The notes under the pieces: model-generated | Told to the model about the DNA's origin: nothing | Databases searched by the model: none | The model's input: the letters and a program-made list of their open reading frames with translations, nothing else | Shown here: positions 21,385-30,300 of the stretch, in pieces | Position numbering within the stretch: the first letter of the stretch is position 1 | Layout of the letters: each line of letters opens with the position of its first letter | Assembly: GCA_964501355.1 (NCBI GenBank) | Contig: CAZCSM010000007.1 | Span: forward strand, 1,096 to 65,095 | DNA from: an uncultured Candidatus Saccharibacteria bacterium | GTDB lineage: Bacteria > Patescibacteriota > Dojkabacteria > CAZCSM01 | Direction of reading: 5' to 3' | DNA length: 64,000 bases | Made by a program: the position numbers and the translations under genes

Positions 21385-24300
21385 TTACATTCCAAATGGA
21401 GTATCCATATTTTCCAGTTCCTCAGGAAGATCAGTTACCTTGCTCACTCCAATATTTTTCTTTAAAATCTTCTCTTTCTTTTCCACTGTAAATTTCAACT
21501 CTTCTTCCTGTTTGTAATATGGAGATTCTACAAATACTGCATATTCTCCCTCTTCCGCCAAGAATCCATATCTACCCTTATCATCCGTTATTTGCGAGTT
21601 AATCAATTTGTTATCACTCAAATCAAATAGTCTTACAAATACTCCTTCTACTTTATCTCCCATTGGTAACTCAAATACATGTCCCCAGTTCTTTGACAGT
21701 ACATTCGTAATGTATGCAACGATTAGTAATATCAAAATATTAAGTCCTAGAAGAACGAAGTTCCAAATAGTCGGTGCAAAGATTATTCCTAATATCATAA
21801 GTACACCTCCTACTACATTAATCCATAAACCAATCTTGTTCATAAATACCTTAAACTTATCTTTAAAGTTATGATATTTATCATCTTTATCTGCTATTGC
21901 TTTGGGAAGAAGAGGTATGTCATAAGCTACTGCGAAATCATCTCTTACTTCTATCTCTCCTCCTAAATATTTGCCTGTTAAATCGTAACCTTTCATTACA
22001 TCTTCGCTTGCCTGTGGTAATACAAAGTCTGCATGTTCAACACCGATTGTATATTTACCTTCTGGTGCTAAGAATCTATACCTTCCTTCAAGATCTGTAA
22101 CAACTTCTTCTACCATTTCATTAGTTTCTGCTTTGTACAACCTAACAATTGCAAATGGTATTGGTGCTTTTTTATCTATATCAAACACTATTCCCCACCC
22201 TTGCTTCTTCCTCTCTTTATCAAATATAGCTCCCCATAACTGTGGTAGTTTTGGAAAGCCCCCCACTTTCGATAGAAAACCTAAACCCTGAAGCAAAAGC
22301 CCAGAAGTTGTTAAAGCAGGTATCAAAACTCTAGCAATAAAGTCTAACCAATCAAATGACTCCTCATCGCCAGTCTCTGGTAATTCCAAGAGATTGGTAT
22401 ATAGATAATCACGAGTCTTCGCTTGCATTTCATCTTTCCTACAGATAATTCTGTAATGTATCTCAGAATCATCTAGATTGGAGATATCTAATGGTTGCAG
22501 ATACTCAGCTTTGACTTTTGGTTTTATGTTTTCAACTAATTCTCCATATGCAACCGTTTCGCCATAATCCACCAGACATATCATATCCGTACAGCTCGTC
22601 TTCCAACTTACATCTAAATATTTTTCTGAAGATCTTTCATGCAACACGTCTGATATGGCACAAACCATAGGAATTTCGGCCAAGGTTCTAAACATTTGAT
22701 CTGCAGACCTCGTTCTGTAACCATCCTGGTCAGATGCAATAATTTGGAAATGATATGCCGTATCGGAAATTAAATTCTCAAGTAAATAGGAGTGCGTTTC
22801 TTTATAATCACTTGAAGTTAATTCAAACCCATAGGCTATAGTTTCACCATAATTAAGTACTATACTTGCAGGCTTCGTTGTACCGAAAGTAACAATTGCT
22901 GAATTGCTCGTTATGTTTGAAACTTTAATGTTTATTATTTGAACAGCATTAGCACTGGATAAAGTTGAAAAATTTGAAGTCTCAACATCTTGCAAATTTC
23001 CGCTAATTGCCGTAACTCGAATGTAGTACTGAGTGTCGATTGATAAATTATTTAAAGTTTGAGTATGGTTCAATGCAACAGATGAAATCACTGCGCTTTG
23101 TCCATAGGATGTTGTTGTCCCATATTCTAAAATAGCACTTGCCGAAATATTAGTTGTCCAAGATACAATTGCCGAATTAGTAGAAACATTAGATATATTT
23201 AGACTTGTTATCATTAAATCATAACCAAGTGTTGTAAAGGTTTGATCTGAAGATGTAACTTCATTTAGCGACGCATCCCTCGCTAAAATTTGAAAATGAT
23301 AAAGAGTTTCGGCAGTTAATCCTGTTAGTGTAACTGAATGAGTTGTCGATAATTCGTTAATATAATCTGTTGCATTTCCATAAGATGATGTTACTCCATA
23401 AGAAACTTGACCAGTTGTGGGCTCATTGGTTTCCCAGCTAATAACTGCTGATGTCTGAGTTATATTTGTAACTTGAATATTTCTAATTCTTGGTACAACC
23501 ATATCCCTTACTTGCAAAATTGCAGAAGCTTCCTGAGGATCACCATTTAATATAACTGTAATAACTTTATTCTCTGCAACAGTAGAAGAAATTCTACCAA
23601 ACGCTTTACCATTTTCATCCGTCGCTTCGATGGGCTGAATTAAGTTATTACCTGTTCCCGTCGCATTCAAAGTCACAAATGTTCCAATTACAGGATTATC
23701 AAATGAATCCAGTAAAGTAACCTCTATTACAGAAGAAGCCACGCCATCATTATTTATAATAGAAGGAATTAAGTTAATTAATGGGATAACATCGTCTGCA
23801 GACTGCAAAACATCTATGTTCTTCGTATCTGTCAAAGAGCTATTTAAGCTATCAATTATTGTAATCGCTCTGTTTCCAACTGTTTTTAATTGAACTCCAT
23901 TTGTGAAATTTTTTGTACCCATATCATCTGCGACAAAGGTGTAATCAGAAGGTAATACAGCAGCAGAGTCGGACGAACTAAAGGTTACATTTCCTCTATA
24001 TGCAGTATCTACACGACCGTAATCATCTTCTGCATGAACTTGTACCGAAAGAAAACCTCCAGCATTTATTGTGTTAACAGAAGGAGTTAAAACCAATTTC
24101 GTCATCTGTGTCACTATAAAATCTGGTGAAGTTTCTGGATTCCCGCCAAAAGAAACCCATTCGCTAAAAACACCAGAATCATCTCTGACTCTTGCTCGCC
24201 AATGATATTGGGTATTATTTACAAGATCTGTAATTGGAGTTCTTATAACAATCGGTGTTCCCGTAAAATTTGTAGCTACTCCAGTATGAGTTGGAGTTCC

Positions 24301-27300
24301 AGTGAAATCGACACCAACAGGACGCACTTCGAATTGTGGTGTTAAAATATCGGGATTATTAGGATCTGTTGCTGTTAATTCTAAAACGACAGAAGATGGT
24401 GCCGTTCCACCAATTGGAATAGGTTCAAAAGATTCAGGAAGTAATTGCTTCAAGAATTCTGGATTATTCGGATAACCAAAGGGGCCTAAAGCAGTTCCCA
24501 TTTGTCCCGACTGGTAACCGGAACCACCTGAACGACTTATTAAACCAAGATTTACATAATCTGAACCATAAAGAATAGATATTCTACCACCACCACCACC
24601 ACCACCATCAAAAATATCATCTCCACCATTACCACCATCAACACTTATACTTCCAGCCGAAGAGAAATTAACAGTTCCCGCCTTTATAAAAACGCTACCG
24701 CCAGCACCACCGCCACCGCCAGGACTAGATATTCGACCATTGGTACCACTCATATCAATTGCACCAAGAATATTTACAGCCCCGCTCAAGGCGAATATAG
24801 AAAATGCCGAACCTCCAGCTCCTCCAGATGCACCAGCACCAGAAGTACCTCCACCACTACCTAATGATAAAGGACGCAAGGCATCACCATAACTCAACCC
24901 TCCAGCTGTTGTCCCGTTTATTCCATCGCTTGCTCCAAGACCACCATTACCACCATATGCACCGCCACCTCCACCACTACCTTGTCCTCCTCCAGCGATT
25001 GCCCCTGTACTTCCAACCCCAGGACCATCATTCGCCGGAAAGCCCAAACCTTTTCCGTCAATAACGGACCCTTCGCCTAAATCAAAACTATCTAAAACAT
25101 TAAAACTAACACCACCACCGGTTCTCTCATTATACGCATTATCATAATCATCCAAATATTGTTGATATTCGGCAAATGGCATCCCGTAAAAAAGAGCACG
25201 CATTTCTGTTTGAGTTAATGCACGATTATAAACAACAATTTCATCGAAAGTTCCCCATGAGTAATTTCTATCCACACGTCCACCGTTACCCAAGAATTGA
25301 ATAGGTGCAGTTACCTGAGACAGAGATGTTCCCACTAGCTCACCATTCACATAGAAATTAGTTTGACCACTATTGGATACTGCTCCGATATGATTCCAAC
25401 CTGTTAATGTGTTTACATTGTATCCAGAACTGTAGAATCCACCATTTAAGATCCCGAGAAGCCCATTACTGTTAACGACAATATGATGAGATGTTAAATC
25501 TGTATTATCTGCTAAAAGTATTCTGTATCCACCATAAGTGCCTGTATTTAACGGGAAGTTGGACCACGCACTTATTGAGTATGTTGAACCAAGATTTAAT
25601 GGTGATATTTCAAGCTTCTGTAACAAGTCTGTTTTTCTTGCTTTTCCATACTTACCATCAACAATTGTAGAGCCAAAAGAATTTGCATGATTTAAATTGA
25701 CACTCGCATCACATGCATCAAATGGATCTAGTTCTTCTACGATACATAGATTATCTTCCGTTTCGTTAAAATGCAAAAGCAGTGTAGTATATGTGTCTGC
25801 AACAATTTCCCTATCGACCTCAGGAAGTTCTGGATATACTAAGCCAGAAGGCAGTTTTGATGTATCACCAAACATTCGCGCTCGAACATTTTGAGAAATA
25901 AATACATTATCGAAATTATATGTTCCTGCAAAGAAATCTGTTCCTTCCGCACCGATAACATTACCGTTATTTAAATACAAATCACCATATTGCTGCTCGG
26001 ACTGTTTGATAAATATCGTTCCCGGACCACCTAAGTATCCGTAAGATTGAACTCGATCATTCCCAAAATCGAATCCATTATTTTCAGAGTAATAAATAGC
26101 TACTCGACCACCTCCACCATCATATTGGGCAGAAGATCCCTCATATCCATTAGCCTTAATCAACCCTGTACCTGATATTGTCCCAGCATTAATTAGGACC
26201 GATCCTCCACTACCTCCTCCCCAATTTAAACATTCTTCTCCTGCACCAGTCCTGACTCCAGCACCACCATTAGCAGATATTATTCCATTTATTAATAAAG
26301 TATCAATAACATCAATGTTTACACCCCCGCCTCCAGCACCACCAATCATATATGTCCATGCAATGCCAGAACAGTCATTTCCTGCACTTCCTAAATCTTT
26401 CGGAGAATATAGATCGCCGTATGTTAATGTTTTAGATTGAGCCTGCCCATGTCCTCCATATGTACCTCCTCCATAATTTGTTGTTCCAGATGGCCAGCCT
26501 GGTCCTTGAGGTTCCCTGTAACGTCCATAGCCATTACCATCCGCAGTAATTATTGAACCTTCGGAAACCTGAAGATTTGCTACACTTAACTCCGCACTAT
26601 AATCATTATCCCAAACATCATCGTCGCTTATATGAGACTCGAAAAATATTATACTGCTTAAGTTCATTGTCAAGTTTCTGAATTCGTATTTATCTTCATA
26701 GCCCCGGGCCCATGTATTGGGAATCAATGTTAACGCGCCAGAATATGTTGATCCCAAAGTTAAATCCTCTACACCCGTGTATTGACCATTCAATATAAGA
26801 TGAATACCGTCAGCAACAAACAAATCATTTCCTGATAATAATGTTCCATCTATTTGGAGAGAAGGTATGGTTGAATCCCCAGAGATTTCAGAACTTGAAT
26901 CTATTTCTAAGATAGAATTTGTACCCAATATAACCAAATCTCCATATCGAGATAAATTCACAGTATTGAATTTGTATTCATCTTCGATAAGCCCCGCTTC
27001 GTAACCACTTACTCCACCGTTATCAATATATAAATCACCATTTTCACTTGCTTCTGTAAAATAACTAACTTGTTCTACATATACCGTTCCAGGACCAGCA
27101 TTATTACCCCTTGCCATTATGTGCTCTCTGTCTACAAGAAATCCATAATTTTGTTCATAATACAAAGCAACCCTACCACCCGATCCTGAATATGCAACGG
27201 TACCACCATTTGCTGAAATAATACCATTTCCTAACGAAATTAAGTCTTTAACTTTAATATGAACACTTCCCCCGCTACCACCTCCCGATGAACTTGTGCC

Positions 27301-30300
27301 ACCATACATATTGTCACCATTTGAAGAAATGACACCATTCAAAGTAAGGGTGTTATCAACCGTCAAGTCTATAGCACCTCCGCCACTACCACCAATAAGA
27401 GAGGTAGAAGCACTAGAACCACAACTTCCTAGATGAGAAGGTCTAAAAACAGAACCATATATCTGACCCCCCTTATAAGGCCAATAACGAGTAGAAATTC
27501 CTCCATCTCGATACGATTCAGAAAAACCCCCATAACTACCTCCCGCCCGAAGATCTGTAAATCCAGGACCACAGTAAGAGGAATTTAATGGAAAGCGTGC
27601 CCCATAACCATATCCCATTCCATTTGCGTGTAAACTACCACCTGAATCAATCGTTAAATCAGAGACGGATAAATGTACTCCAAAATCATTCTCCCAATCC
27701 GTATCCATAGAATTGTAACTTATGCACCGCAATGTTCCTTGTGGTCCTATGTGTAAATTTTCAAAACTGTATGGATTATCCATTCCTCTTGCCCAAGTCT
27801 TTGCGTACAAAGTCATACCAGATGGAGACAGCAAACCAATATCAATATCTGATACACCTGCAATATCTCCATTAATCCCCAAATCAACACTTTCGATACC
27901 CAAAGCACCCTCACCAGTATATGTCAAGGTTCCATCAATTTTAGCAAATGGAACCGTTAAATCCCCCTGAAAGCCATCACCCGAATTTATCGTTAATATA
28001 GATGTTTCACCAAAGAAGATAACATCTCCATATCCTGTAAGATTTACACTTCCGAAACTATAATTCCCTTCAGGTACACCTGCAGATAAGCCCTGCACAG
28101 CATTATTGTCAACAAACAAGTCTCCATTATAACTTGGACTTGACGACAATGAAGACAACTGTTCTATGTATACTGTACCAGGACCTGATTCATTAGTACC
28201 TCTTGCATATATATTTGAAGTGCTTAATGGGAAACCCATATTATTAACATAATAAACTGCTATCCTGCCCCCTGCACCATCTCCATCACTTCCAGTGCCA
28301 GGATTCTTACCGTTTGCCTGAATAATTCCATCACCAACCAGATTCTGAGCTCGTAAAAATATTGAACCACCGGAACCAGCCCTGTCCTCACATCCAATGG
28401 CACTAGTCCTATAATACCCGCCACCATTACTGGTTATTGTTCCTAACAATGTTAATGAGCCGTTAACAGTTATTTCTATAGCACCGCCTCCAGCTCCGCC
28501 GTTACCACCCCTAGCACCGGCACCAGAACAATTAGACCCGCCACTACCAAGTAAGAGTGGTTCGTATATGCTACCGAAGGGATCTATTGTGTTAGATTCT
28601 CCATATCCGCCATATGTAGCACCAGCGTAAGACTTATAGCCAGGCCCCTTTTCGGATGTTCTAACCCGTCCATAACCTAATTCATTTGCATCTATAAAAC
28701 CTCCTGATAGCACTGTAATGTTTTCTGCGACCAACGGAACAACATAGTCATTCGTTTCATCTCTAGAATCGAGAGTGTCTCCAGACTCATAACTTCTAAT
28801 AAACAAGGAACTTCCACCGAACACTTCTATATCACCGAACACATATTGTGAAGTGGTGCCATATGCCCAAGTTCCCGAGAGCAAAGTTACGGCACCTGTA
28901 ACTGAATTACCAATCCGTAAATTAGTTACACCGCTCAAAGACCCCCCTACTATTAGATTTACACCATTCACATTCAAAGTGTCAGGTAGCAAATTTATAA
29001 ATGAACCATCTACTAGTAGCCCGGGAGAAGATGCATCTCCCGATAAAACTGAACTATCAGTTATTGTTAATGATGATGTCGAACCAATAAACCTTACATG
29101 ACCCCCTCTTGATAATTTAATCTTGGAGAAATTATAATCTCCGCTCAATACACCAGCATAGTTTGATTTAAGTAAATACCTGGCCTCGTCAAAAGTATCA
29201 GCTCCCTTGTAATGAACTATATCATTATTATCAACGTACAACTTACCCTGACTTGGATTATCAATCGCACGATCCTCTATATATACAGTACCCGCACCAG
29301 CACTTGAAACTTTGTCATCCCCATAATCTCCTCCATATGACCTTATAAAGTTCTGGACATTAGTGTCCGACATTGATAAACCGATTAGATTGTCGTAATA
29401 TATGGCAATTCTTCCACCGCCACCATCTGCAGTGCCGTAATAAGAACTAGTTCCTGATCCATTCGCAACAATCAAAGCACTGCTACTAAGCTCTAATAAC
29501 TCAGCATCTATATAAACACTTCCCCCAGAACCACGCAGTAAACCATTACTTGTAATCATTCCTGACAAACTCAGAGATCCTGTACCGTAAGTGTCTTTTG
29601 CGATAAGCTTAATCGCCCCACCACCTCTAGAATTGGCCAGTGTGCTTGAAGATCCTAAATCAGAGGGGGAAAATACACTTCCGTATACACCATTTTGGTA
29701 ATACGAACCATATCCGCCATAACTTGCTCCCGTGGTTCCGCGCCCCGCCCCCCTACCCGTACCATACCCCAATCCATTAGCATTAAATGTTGCATTCTCA
29801 TCAACCGTAATTGTTTTAGCTTCAAGTGTAACACCATAATCATCTGTCCAAACATCATTGGCATTATCGTATCCATAAAAATCAACAAAGCTGCCTCCTC
29901 TCACACGAAATGTTTCGAAAATATATTGTCCTCCAGTTCCCCAATTATTAGCGTGCAATCCCAAACGTGCCGTTGCCACAGCTCCAACATCGACATTGCT
30001 CACACCGCTTAGTGAGCCAAACCATTGCAAGTCTACGTTATTAACTGTGAATGTATCTATGCCCAAATAATTAAATGAACCACGCACAAGAATCTTTGTT
30101 GTGCCATCACCGATAATGGTCGAATTATTTGCTATACTTAAACTTGAGCCGCTACCTAAAAATTCCACATGACCATTTCTCTTTGTATCTATAGAAGAGA
30201 AATTGTAGATACCTGCTGTTATTGTAGCGGACTTTTCACAATTATTTCCGCCGACCAAACAAACCCTCGATGCGGCATCGACTATTAATTTTCCTTGTCC